Positions 34,341-44,783 of a stretch of DNA of 44,846 nucleotides are shown in pieces. Source of the DNA: Neovahlkampfia damariscottae. Lineage: Eukaryota. The stretch lies in the NCBI GenBank assembly GCA_016618085.1, contig JABLTG010000010.1, positions 186,001-230,846 on the forward strand. The letters run 5' to 3'. How positions within the stretch are numbered: the first letter of the stretch is position 1; each line of letters opens with the position of its first letter. Under the pieces are notes generated by a model. That model was not told where the DNA came from and did not search any database. It saw nothing but the letters and a program-made list of their open reading frames with translations. A program made the position numbers and the translations under genes.

Positions 34341-37300
34341 ATGGAAGAAGAGGAAGAGTCTTTTGATGAGAAATTCTTTGACCAATGTGTAAATACTTGG
34401 TCTAACGAAAACAAAAAAGTAAAAAAGAAAAAGAATAGAACTCCAAAGACGAACATACTAGAGACTTTTACTAAAGAAAATGAAAAAATACTTGCACCAA
34501 AAAAAGAAGAACAAGAAGATGAAATGAAAAAAGAAAAAGAAACTAAACAAGAAATTATGCAGGAAAAAAAAATTACAAATAAAGAATGGTTGGAATTGAA
34601 CAAAGAAGTTTTTGATAAAGAACAACTTTTAAAGGATTATGAATCATTCATTGAAAGTAAAGAAGAAGAATTATTGAAACAAATAATATCATTTACAAAT
34701 CCTGAATTATCAAAAAAACTTTTCAATCAAGTAAGTTTTTTTTTTTCAAAATTTAAATCTAGATTAGTAATGTTAATTTTTCATGTTTTTTCAAAAAACT
34801 TTTTTCTATTCAGTTTCATAATCAATTGTCTCATAATTTTGTTTCAAATTCTGAAAATGAAGATAGTTTTAAGGTTGAAGATGAAAAAGAAATTCTTAAA
34901 AATGGAAGACGAGTATATCCAAGACATTTATTGATTGATAATTTCCATGAAGGAGAAAGTTTTTATACACGGCAGTTACAAGATACAATGATTGGATTTG
35001 AAATAAATTCACCTGTTAAAATAGTATCAAAGTTGAAAGAAAAAGAAAAAATATTCTCGTACTTTGGAATTGAAGTAAGAAAAAAAAATTCAATGACATT
35101 TAAAAAGATGTCACAAGAAGGTTGGATTCGTTTCAGAAACTTCTTACGAAATTTAATCAAAGAAAAAAATGATCAAAAAATTTTGAAATTTCTGTATGGT
35201 GTATTAGGATACGGAGAGACTTTACTCCTGGACTCTTTTCAACAAAATTCAATAAAACTAAACAAATTTGAGAAAAGACACCTCAAAGATTTGAGAGAAT
35301 TCATAAATGAAATTGGAAATCAATTTGAACATATTGAACCAATTCACAAAAGAATAACATTGATTGAAGACGAGAAAAAAGAAAAAAACCAGAAAGATAT
35401 AATTATTACTCCGAAAACAATCAGGGAGAAACCAAAAAATGAAACACCAAAAAATTTGAGATCTTGGGAAAAAGTCATTTCAACTGAAACATCATTCAAT
35501 GAAGAGTTACTTGATGATAAGATTTTTACATCATCAAAAGACACCTCATCAAAGAGTATTGATACATCAACTAAAAATACAACGGATTGGAAAGGTTATT
35601 TACAAAAGGATCCGAAATTGATTGAGAGAAACTCTTTAGTTCCCTATTTGAAAAAAGATGAACCAATCAACTCTCTTGAAGTCAAGAAAATTTTTCAAAA
35701 ATCAAATCCAAGCCAAGTGAAAAGTACAATGAATTTTGAGTTAGAAATAGGCAAAAAACTAAATTCCGAAAAAAATGAAGAAATGAAAAAATTATACCAA
35801 TATCTTTTATTTCAAACAAAATTAGCAACAAAACAATCATTGGAAAGTAATTTATTGGAAACAATGTTCGAAGAGAATGAAATTGAAGATAAAAAACCTT
35901 CACAAAAAGATCAAATTGATATGTTCTCAAATATTTCAAAGTCAATTGAAACAGATGCAAAATTGAATACAAGAATCAGTTATACAAACGAACAAGAAAG
36001 AAAAAAATTTTCTTTTGAAAAACATCCATTAAGAGAATCATTACAACAAGAAGATTCAAAAGAAATCAAACAATGGGATCACAATACTTTTCAATTAAAA
36101 AAAGATTATTCAAAAGGAGAATTAATGGAGTTTTCATTGGGCATGAATCCAGATGATATTGAAAAGGAATTGAAATCAGAAACTAAATTAGAATGCTTAA
36201 AAATTTTAAAAGAATTGAATATTGCAATTCAAAAAGGTGACGATGAACTTGAAGAATTCACAGAAAACAATAAAATATCAGAAACAAGAAATTCTATCCT
36301 TCAAAGAGTTGTTGAATTAAAAAAAGAAAGAAATGAAAAAAGAATTGATTCAATAACCAGGGAAACAATAAAAAAACTTGAAATTGAACAAACTATCAAA
36401 GAAACAAAAGGAGAAATTGACAATGAAAGAAAAAAACAAATTGAAAATTTGAAAATGGAATACTTCAAAGACAAAGATGAAATTTATGAAGTAAATCCAA
36501 TGGAACAAGCTAGATTGGAACAACTTAACATTTCAATAAAGAAAAATAAAAATGATGACTTTCAGCAATTGGACCAATTACTTGATCAGATGAATAGAGA
36601 ATTAAAAAGAGAATTATTTTCTTCAGATATGAATATAAAAATACCAAATGAAACAAAAGATTTAATTTCAAAATATTCTCAAATGAGGAATCAATATGCT
36701 CAAATGGAAAGGTCCAATCGTTCATTGAGGCATTGGAATTCATTGACTGTTAAAGAAAAACAAAAATTTGAACAAGAATTTCGAAAGAGTTTTGATTCAA
36801 GTTATAAAGATATTGTGAAGAGTATTAAGAATAAGATGGAAGGGTAAATGGAAATTTATTTTCTTATTGTTAATAGTGCTCAATTTGCTGAAACATTGAC
36901 TTTCATTTCATTGGCTATTGAAAATCAAAAAGAGAAAGATACTGAAATCATGGAATCACTCAAACTGTCATTCAAAGAAGAAGAAGAAGAAATTATCCAA
37001 GTTACAAATGATTTTTATCTTGAAATTGAAAAACGTTACAAAATTAAAGAAAAATCAAGATTATCTAATTTTGGAGAATTGGAAAAAGAAATTTACAAAA
37101 TGAGAAATGAAAAAATTGAAATTGATGATGTTTTTAAAGATTATTCAATAATTCCAAGACATTTCAATTTTAATCAAATCAAATTTTTATCAAAAGAATT
37201 AACAGAAGATGAATTAGTTTCTTTGATTCAACTTCAAACTTCAATTCAACAAAAAAAAATTTTGGAAAGAAAAAAATTAGTGAAGAATGAAAAATTAGAT

Positions 37301-38228
37301 AAAGAAGATATTGATCCTTTGATATCAATGTTTAAATTGAAATCTTTTCAATATTTAACATTTGAACAAAAATTATTCTACAAGAATAAATTCCAAGAAA
37401 TTTACAATAAAAAAATGGAAAATTGGAAACAGGGGGTTAATAAGAAACAATTATTGACAATATCACCGAATATTTTGAAAAAACATTTTCAAACAATGAA
37501 GAATTTGCCAAAGATAAAAAATGAAAAAAATGAAAATTTCACACCTAATTGGTCATTAAATGAATGGAAAAAATATCTAAATAATGAAAGAAATATTAAT
37601 AATTCACTTCATAAATCATTATTTCCTGAAAAACCTTGGGATGGAGATTTTCACACATTGCAAGTATTCCATTTTTTCTATTTTTAATTTTTAGATGTTG
37701 TATCTCTCTTTACAACTAGAAAGAAGTCATTTACCACAATACACAAGATCTGCATTGGAAATAAACGATGGCGAAGGATTTCTTCTCAGATCATTTTGGA
37801 GAGGAGTTTTTATGATGCCAGAATCTTTGTCAAACTTCATTTATGTTAGACCAAAACCTGAAGTGAAATTGATCAAAAAACAAGTTGAAGATGCAAAAGT
37901 TAAGAAGAAAAAAGAAAAAATTGATGCACCAAAAGTTGAACCACCACCAAAAATATTCGTTCCACCTCCAAAGAGAATGGATTCTGGCAAACAGATTCCA
38001 CCTCCAGCTGCTGCTCCTATAAAACCGATTGAAATCCCACCAATGCCAAAGATTCAAATTCCAGATGAAATAACTCCTCGTGCTCAAAGTAGAAGTCAAA
38101 CACAAGCTCCAACGGCACCACCTAGAATACCTGATCGTACAAGAAGAACACACACAGGAGTAGATTATGAATCTGATCTTTGGAAAGCCTTGCAGAAAAG
38201 ATTGTTTGGTAACTCTAATATTAATTGA
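34341..38228 (+). CDS. Large hypothetical charged/coiled-coil protein with Pro-rich C-terminus; 4 exons, ~1263 aa
   Basis: Introns 34731-34762, 36844-36876 and 37664-37694 join four adjacent ORFs in frame; ATTGG motif at 34322 just upstream of ATG 34341. No family recognised. Confidence 0.7.
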
Positions 38229-38327
38229 TCATGGAACAAAATTGTAAAAAAAATAAAAAAATTGATTACATAAAAGAAAATTGTTTTCATTTTTACCTTC
38301 AACAAGAGAAATGATTGGCTAAACAAC

Positions 38328-40653
38328 ATGTTGGAAGAATTTTTTGCAGCATTCAGTTCTGATCCAACAAAACTTTCCATTCCTTTGGAAATAATGGAAA
38401 AAATAAAAGAGTATCAAAACAAAAGACTAAATCAAAAACAGTAATAAGTCAGAATTCACTGTTGAAAATATACACATCCAGATTGAAAAATACATCAACA
38501 AAAAGTAATAAAAAAAAAAAGGACTCAACCCTTCTTTAATTTAAGATTAAGAATTGGTTTTGATGACAAAATTAATTTTTTATCAAACTTCATTATTTCT
38601 TATGACAATTTAAAGAATTTGGAAAATTGGTTTTTTTTTATAGACATTGAATTGAACATGGATTCAATATTTAATGATTTAATTTATTCAAAAATTTCTT
38701 TTGAAGTTCAAGAACAGATAGAGTGTGAAAAAAATGAAAAAATAATTCAAAGAGTAAAAGAGATTATTGAAGAAATAAAAAAATCAAAAGAAGAAATATT
38801 TAAGATACCTTTATCTATGTTAACTGTTACTATACCTGAAGATGATATTGAACATATCAATAACGTTTTATTTTATCAAGGAAAATTGAAAGCTCAACCA
38901 ATAGATAAATTAGGTCTAACAATTGATGAAATTCATGAAAATTGGTTTGGTGATTATGAAAAATTGGAAGAGAACCATGATTATATCCAATGGTTATTTC
39001 CTAATCGTGAGGGAGGAATGAATTTAGATGCACAACCATTAAGTAAACATGAAGCTCAATTGTTTAAAGAATCTGATGATATGAAACAAAAAGTTGTAAA
39101 GTCATATGAAATGATGTAAAATTATGTTAGTACTCAACTTTTAATGAAGGCTTGATTTTTATGGAATGAAACTTGATGATGAATCAACAGGAAAAATTTC
39201 GAGAAATGAAAAAAATTATAAGGAAAGATATGATTTTTTGGACAAATCTGAACACAATTATTTAAGAATATCAAGAATTTTAAGATTTCTTGGAATCATA
39301 CAATTGGAGAATTTCAAAATTGAATTTTTGAGATTTTTGATCACAGAAACCCTATCAAATTTATTAATCACAAATTGTGTACCAAGTTTGATTCAATATT
39401 GGTTACCGACCGTAATTCATGAAGAAGACCTTGAAGACCTTGAAACTTTGATTTTCCAAAAAACCAAAAGAAAAGTAGACAGAAAACAATTTTTTGTTGA
39501 AGAAAAAAGTTGGTCATTTAATTTCCAAAAAAAAAAAGAAACTCCTGAGATGATCAAACAAAGAAATGAAATGAAAAGAAAAAACGCAAAAGAAAAAGCA
39601 AATGAAATGAAAAAGAAAAAAAAGATTGAAAATATTTTGAAATCAAATGAAAAATTTAAAAAATCATATGAAGAATCCTTGATATGTAGAAAAGAATTTA
39701 ATTCTCAAGAATTATTAATCAATCACCCACCTATCTTCTACTCAAAGAACAAACAATTTCTATTCAATTTAGTTTCGGAAAGTAAATTTGAAGGTATTTT
39801 AGATTTCTCTAGATACAAGGAAATGAAATTCCCTGAAAAATTGGAATTCAACCAAATTGATGTCCGATATATCTCTGATTTTTATAATTACAACAATTTG
39901 ACATCAAATGATAATGAAATGAATTGGTGGGTTAATTTTGCAGATGAATATTTATTCTGTGGATATTCACTTGAATTATTTGCTCAAGATGAAATTATGG
40001 TTGCAGAACATCCAATTTTATCATGTTTAAAGGAATCTTTGGATTATTTGAGTTACAAAAATGTAAGATATTCACCATATACAAGTCAAACAAAGAATCA
40101 AAAATTTGCAACACCGATTTTAATTCAAAATGTTGAAAGAAAACTTGAATTTAATACGAGTCCAACTGAAGATAACAAGAATGGAATATATGGAAATCAC
40201 TTCAAAAACTCTAGTTTTGAACAAATCAAAAAAGTAACAACAATAATTGAACCATCTACATATTCGAATATTGTTTCAATAGAAGCACCTAGACCATCAA
40301 AAGGGATCTACACAAAACAACAAATTACATATGCGCTTGGGGCTTCTTATACTGGATTCTACAGCGCCAAATTAGAAACTTATATACTTGGAAAGGAATC
40401 AATTGTAATTCACACTGGAGATTGGGGAACAGGAGCATTTGGTGGAAATAAAATACTAATGTATGTAATTCAAATTTTATCAGCTCAATTGGTTGGTATC
40501 AATTATTTAGTTTTTCATTCAAAATCTTCATTGGACAATCTTGAAAATGCCAAAAAAATTGTTGAACAATTGAAATACAATTCTACAATCGACGAATTAG
40601 TAGAAAATTTAGAAAAGATGAAATTTGAATGGGGTGAATCAGATGGAAACTAA
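38328..40653 (+). CDS. OGFr-domain / PARG-like (macro fold) fusion protein; 4 exons, ~739 aa
   Basis: Introns 38411-38441, 38505-38545, 39116-39149. OGFr motifs LEENHDYIQWLFP-x2-EGGMN, YEMMLDFYGM, HNYLRISRIL. PARG-like motifs VNFAD, AQDEI, HTGDWGTGAFGGN. Confidence 0.85.
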
Positions 40654-40671
40654 TATTAAAATAACTTAATT

Positions 40672-42150
40672 TTATTTCATTTCATACCCATATTCTTCTT
40701 TCCAAATTTCTTTGATTTTTTTGTGACCTTCTTGATCAATTTTTTCAGGCCATGGTTTATGTTCGATGAAATAACCAATTTTTTCTTTACAAAAAGAAAT
40801 ATAATTCAATGGTAAAGCCATATGAGAATGCCAAAATAGATCAATAGAATAACTTGGATGATACATTTTTTCTGATGATTGTTCGATTGGATATTTTGCA
40901 ATCAAACCCATGAATTTTTCGTATTCGTTAACAGTTCCTTCTATAGATGTATGAAATTCATATTTTGCTTGTTCATAATTTTTGATCCATTTTCTATCTC
41001 TCTGTAAATCATCCAATGAAATGGAAAAGGGATTTTTCCAATTTGGATCCATTTTTTCATTCATATTTTTATCTTTCAATCCAACAATAGTGTCTTTCTT
41101 CACCTCTCTGGTTGAATCTATTTCGGAATACTTTGGCATCACATCATCAATTAATCCATATTCAGTTTTATAGGTTTGCTTCCAAAGTTTTGATGTTTGA
41201 TCTGCAGCATCATGATACAAATAAAAAGTTTTTTCAGTGAACATTGTTGTTTCTCTATCAATAATATTTCCATATATTTTCATACAATCTTTTTGATAAA
41301 TCAATGGTCTTAATAAATGACTAATCCAAACTAATTCAATATCAAAAGTTGGGATTAATAGAATATTAGGATATTTTGATTTCAAATTCATAAACTTTTC
41401 ATATCTAATCAAAGATAAAGCCAAAAAGTCAGTGGATTTTCCTTCATGTTGTGAAAATTGAAATTCAAGTTCCAAAATATGTTTGACTGTTTGTTCGATC
41501 TTTGTTTTGTCCATAATTGATATTTTAACTGTTGAAATTTTTGGTTGTATGAACTCACTTATTGGTGCAATTGGAGGATCATATTGAAACATGTGATATC
41601 CAATTCCACATGGTGGTGGTGGCATTGGTGGTGGTAAACTACGTTTGTAATCATCCAAGAATTTTCTTTCTTGTACTTTTCTTTTATTTGATAATAAGTA
41701 GCATTCAAGCCATGATTTATCTTTCAATGGTATCAATTGAGTTTCTTCCAAAAAAAGATTCTTCCAATAAAAATCATTTTCAATAATTTTTTTTAAATCT
41801 TTTGAAATTAAACGAGCATCTAATTTTTCTACAAGTGATAAATATTCAACCACTCCTTCCCATAAATCCAATGGGAAATTGTTACAAATTTCGTGGACAG
41901 TTTTTCTATCATAATATATAAAAGTGCTAAATGGATTTGGTTTGATATTTTGGTCATAAATATTTGGAGAATCTTTTGGTTTTAGATTTCTGTATGGTTG
42001 TGGTGGTGATGGAATTTTCACTTTTGGTTGTGAGAGGTTGTTTTTAGTATCTGTCATAATTGTTTCAGTTTTAGTGACTTTGTTTTTGTTTTTTTTGTGG
42101 ATCACTACTTCATCAACATCTTCTTTTTTTATTTTGCTTCCAAATACCAT
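40672..42150 (-). CDS. F-box protein with two DUF1399/GRDP-like repeats, ~492 aa
   Basis: F-box FPLDLWEGVVEYL...ARLISKDLKKIIENDFYWK. Repeats RYEKF...PTFDIELVWISHLLRP and YEKF...PSYSIDLFWHSHMALP. The true start could be a downstream Met. Confidence 0.8.
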   Translation of the reverse strand: MVFGSKIKKEDVDEVVIHKKNKNKVTKTETIMTDTKNNLSQPKVKIPSPPQPYRNLKPKDSPNIYDQNIKPNPFSTFIYYDRKTVHEICNNFPLDLWEGVVEYLSLVEKLDARLISKDLKKIIENDFYWKNLFLEETQLIPLKDKSWLECYLLSNKRKVQERKFLDDYKRSLPPPMPPPPCGIGYHMFQYDPPIAPISEFIQPKISTVKISIMDKTKIEQTVKHILELEFQFSQHEGKSTDFLALSLIRYEKFMNLKSKYPNILLIPTFDIELVWISHLLRPLIYQKDCMKIYGNIIDRETTMFTEKTFYLYHDAADQTSKLWKQTYKTEYGLIDDVMPKYSEIDSTREVKKDTIVGLKDKNMNEKMDPNWKNPFSISLDDLQRDRKWIKNYEQAKYEFHTSIEGTVNEYEKFMGLIAKYPIEQSSEKMYHPSYSIDLFWHSHMALPLNYISFCKEKIGYFIEHKPWPEKIDQEGHKKIKEIWKEEYGYEMK

Positions 42151-42154
42151 TTTG

Positions 42155-42175
42155 ATTGGATGTTAGTTGGCCAAT
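42155..42175. promoter_or_regulatory. Inverted CCAAT dyad upstream of the F-box gene
   Basis: ATTGG-N11-CCAAT. Confidence 0.55.
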
Positions 42176-42342
42176 TTTGAATAGAAAAACCTGTTGAAAA
42201 AATTGAACCACTAAAACTTGATGCAATATCACCTGGAGAAACTATTCAATTGCCTTTTGTAAATAGAAAAAAAGAAATAGTTTATTTATTTTTATTGAGA
42301 AATCGACAAAACTGGAATTTTTGATGAAAAGATTTATAGTGA

Positions 42343-42903
42343 TCATAATTTTTCGATTGAATATTGAAGAGCAATTATTTCATCTTCCAAATCCATTGAT
42401 TCAATCTCAAGTGAATAAGTTCCTGCTCCAGGTGGAGGGGTTGGACAATAAGAGGTTCTTCTTGGAATTACTTTGATATATTTCTGTGTTATAGATTTGT
42501 ATATTGTATTTTTGAGAGTATCCATGAGATCATTGCAAATACAATGTCTTGTATCATCAGGACAAAGCGATCTATTTTGAAGAAAATTTAAGTATCAAAA
42601 AAAACTCCTACTTCAAATAATTCTCTTGCTCTTCTGTAGCCATGAATTCATACCTCAATATTTTACAATTGATGTCACATTCATAAGTACATCCCATTGA
42701 CAACATTTTCTTTTCTGCTTTGAAAGGTGTAGCGATCATTTTTGGGTTTGGAATTACTAATTTTGAATTTTTTCTATTTTTTTTTGATCGAAGTGAATTT
42801 AAAACCTAAAGTGGTTGAGCCCTTTGATGTTTTTCTGGAAACAGCTGGTTGTGATAACTCGACTGTTAAAGATTTGCATGTTCCTAATCAGGACTAGTTC
42901 CAT
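42343..42903 (-). CDS. Small Cys-containing orphan protein; 3 exons, ~162 aa (alternative starts at 42879 or 42739)
   Basis: Introns 42774-42805 and 42572-42611 (GT-TAG, 32 and 40 nt) give a continuous frame MELVLIRNMQIF...MIATPF...CTYECDINC...CPDDTRHCIC...YSIEKL*. No family recognised. Confidence 0.6.
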
Positions 42904-42982
42904 CCGTTTGGCGAGAAGGTGTGGAAAAAACTGTGAGCAACAAAACCAAGCAAATCACTGCAAAAAGTCGAATCATCGTTTG

Positions 42983-43003
42983 ATTGGTAAGTGATTGACC
43001 AAT
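42983..43003. promoter_or_regulatory. Inverted CCAAT dyad upstream of the small orphan gene
   Basis: GATTGGT-N9-ACCAATC, i.e. ATTGG-N11-CCAAT with extended symmetry. Confidence 0.6.
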
Positions 43004-43146
43004 CAGGTTATTGTATCTTTCCTCATCCAATGCCTGATCACACTCTCAAATACATTGAATAATAATAATTGATCCTAAAATCCATGAATAATATATATCT
43101 AGAAGAATAAAATGGTCTGTCAAAATGTATGAACATTTAATAATTT

Positions 43147-44283
43147 TTAGAAACATTTTCTGTGGACCATACATGGACCCAATTCATCATATTCTTCTTT
43201 TGAAATACACATTTGCTGAAATGTTGAAAGTGAAGCAAACATTGATCCTCCAATCCATGATGAATATTCTCTTTCAGTTGGAGCAATAACTTTAATTTTC
43301 GTTGATGGTGCCAATTCCACAATTTCCTTTTCCAATCTTTCCGAAATACCTTTAAACATAGTATTTCCACCGGATAATACAATATTAAATAGATCACCTC
43401 TAATTTCCGAATCACATTTTTTTATTGAGTTTAATATGCTTTCATGGATACCATCACAATTCAACCCCAAAAGATTTGGTTGAAACAAAGCTTCTGGACA
43501 TCTAAACCTTTCATTTTCAATGGTTATAGGACCTTCATCTTTATACTTAATGAAATACCCATCTGGAAGTTTGAATTGTTGTTCAAAATCTTTCGTTTCT
43601 TTCATCATTTCTCTATCAAAATCAAGAGCAACATAACATACACTGTGTTTAATATTTGGTGTGATATCATATCCACCATTTGTTCCAGAAAATTTGACAC
43701 AAAATCCTCTTTCAACTAACATTTTCAACAAGTATTCATTTAACTCTCTTCCGCCAAAATTCGTCCTTTCAATCGCATGTTGTACAGCATGTCCTTCATA
43801 AATTGGAACTGAATGTGTTACGATACCTGAATCTAAAACAACACCTGTTGAAATACCCACAGAAAATAATGAAAGAGCTGATTGAGCGCCAAGATACAGA
43901 GCAGGTGTCAAAAATGTTTCAAACATCATTTGGGTTGTAGTTTCTCTATTTTTTGTTGGATTAAGAGATGATTCTGTCAATAGAACAGGATATTCTTCTG
44001 GAGTTGCTTTTAATACATTTTTGAAAGAATAAAACCACAATTTTTCCATGTCATCCCAGTTATGAATTGTACCATGTTCAATTGGAAAATTTAAAGTCAG
44101 TAACCCTCTTTTGGTAATTGCTTCCTCACCAATATAAGCATCTCTGTCACACATTTCACTGAGGTTCCGTTTTGGTCTTCCGACAATTGTTTTAAAAACA
44201 TTTTTAGGTTTAGTATCTCCAGCAAAACCAACTTTGGTGGAATCAGAACCATTGTCTAATACTAAAACTCTTGCTTCACTCAT
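43147..44283 (-). CDS. Divergent actin / actin-related protein, 378 aa, intronless
   Basis: [69 protein letters not shown]. Start at [15 protein letters not shown] at 44308. Confidence 0.9.
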   Translation of the reverse strand: MSEARVLVLDNGSDSTKVGFAGDTKPKNVFKTIVGRPKRNLSEMCDRDAYIGEEAITKRGLLTLNFPIEHGTIHNWDDMEKLWFYSFKNVLKATPEEYPVLLTESSLNPTKNRETTTQMMFETFLTPALYLGAQSALSLFSVGISTGVVLDSGIVTHSVPIYEGHAVQHAIERTNFGGRELNEYLLKMLVERGFCVKFSGTNGGYDITPNIKHSVCYVALDFDREMMKETKDFEQQFKLPDGYFIKYKDEGPITIENERFRCPEALFQPNLLGLNCDGIHESILNSIKKCDSEIRGDLFNIVLSGGNTMFKGISERLEKEIVELAPSTKIKVIAPTEREYSSWIGGSMFASLSTFQQMCISKEEYDELGPCMVHRKCF

Positions 44284-44433
44284 CTCTATTTTTGTGTGAA
44301 AAAACTGATTGGCAGTGAGAAGTCTATTTTTAATTTCAATCAAAAAGAGGTATTGTTCAATAAGACTCTTGGACAATTCATCATGTTATTATAATAAACT
44401 TCAGTTTTCAACTTGAAGTGTGGTGTTTTAGAT

Positions 44434-44576
44434 AAACAAGTCGTGCTTTCAAATTTAATATCACTTGTTGGACAACAAGGAGTGTTATTCACAACAAGTA
44501 TGTAATTAGGCAACAAGTGATGTTTTTAAACAATAGATGCTGTTACTCACAACAAGTGATTTATTTCACAAAAAGT
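44434..44576. repeat. Cluster of ~7 CAACAAGT-like motifs in intergenic DNA
   Basis: Copies at 44434, 44461 (inverted), 44472, 44492, 44511, 44550 and ~44569 (degenerate). 17-mer TGTTA[TC]TCACAACAAGT at 44483 and 44541. Confidence 0.75.
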
Positions 44577-44669
44577 TGCTCGTCTTGAAAAACATTGAGA
44601 ATATTTCTAAAAAAAATTACTCAATTTGCCATTGCCTTTCACAAAGAAAATGAGTAATATAATCGGACA

Positions 44670-44690
44670 GTTGGTCAATTCTTGACCAAT
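44670..44690. promoter_or_regulatory. Inverted CCAAT dyad near the right edge
   Basis: TTGGTCAA-TTC-TTGACCAA perfect inverted repeat (GTTGG-N11-CCAAT). Confidence 0.55.
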
Positions 44691-44783
44691 GAAAAAACTG
44701 CTTTACTTTTCCCTCTACACTCCAAATTGAACAACCAACATCTAAAAAAAAAATTACATAAGTTTTCAGAGAAAAGATATTTA

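Noticed and set aside
28606..38228. Stop-codon readthrough, alternative genetic code or pseudogenes as the cause of ORF fragmentation
   Set aside because: Every break is resolved by a 30-41 nt GT-AG intron that preserves frame and, where recognisable, restores conserved motifs.
38165..38380. 71-aa minus-strand ORF
   Set aside because: Overlaps the end of one plus-strand gene and the first exon of the next; no motifs.
42550..42900. Antizyme-like TCC-TGA +1 frameshift sites (TCCTGAT occurs twice on the minus strand)
   Set aside because: The spliced frame is already continuous, one site is directly preceded by an in-frame stop, and the product shows no antizyme similarity.
44284..44376. 31-aa extension of the actin ORF from a TTG start
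   Set aside because: Non-ATG start, spans the promoter motif; actin homology begins at 44283.
44434..44576. CRISPR-like interpretation of the CAACAAGT repeats
   Set aside because: Repeats are too short, irregularly spaced and mixed in orientation; eukaryotic context with no cas genes.
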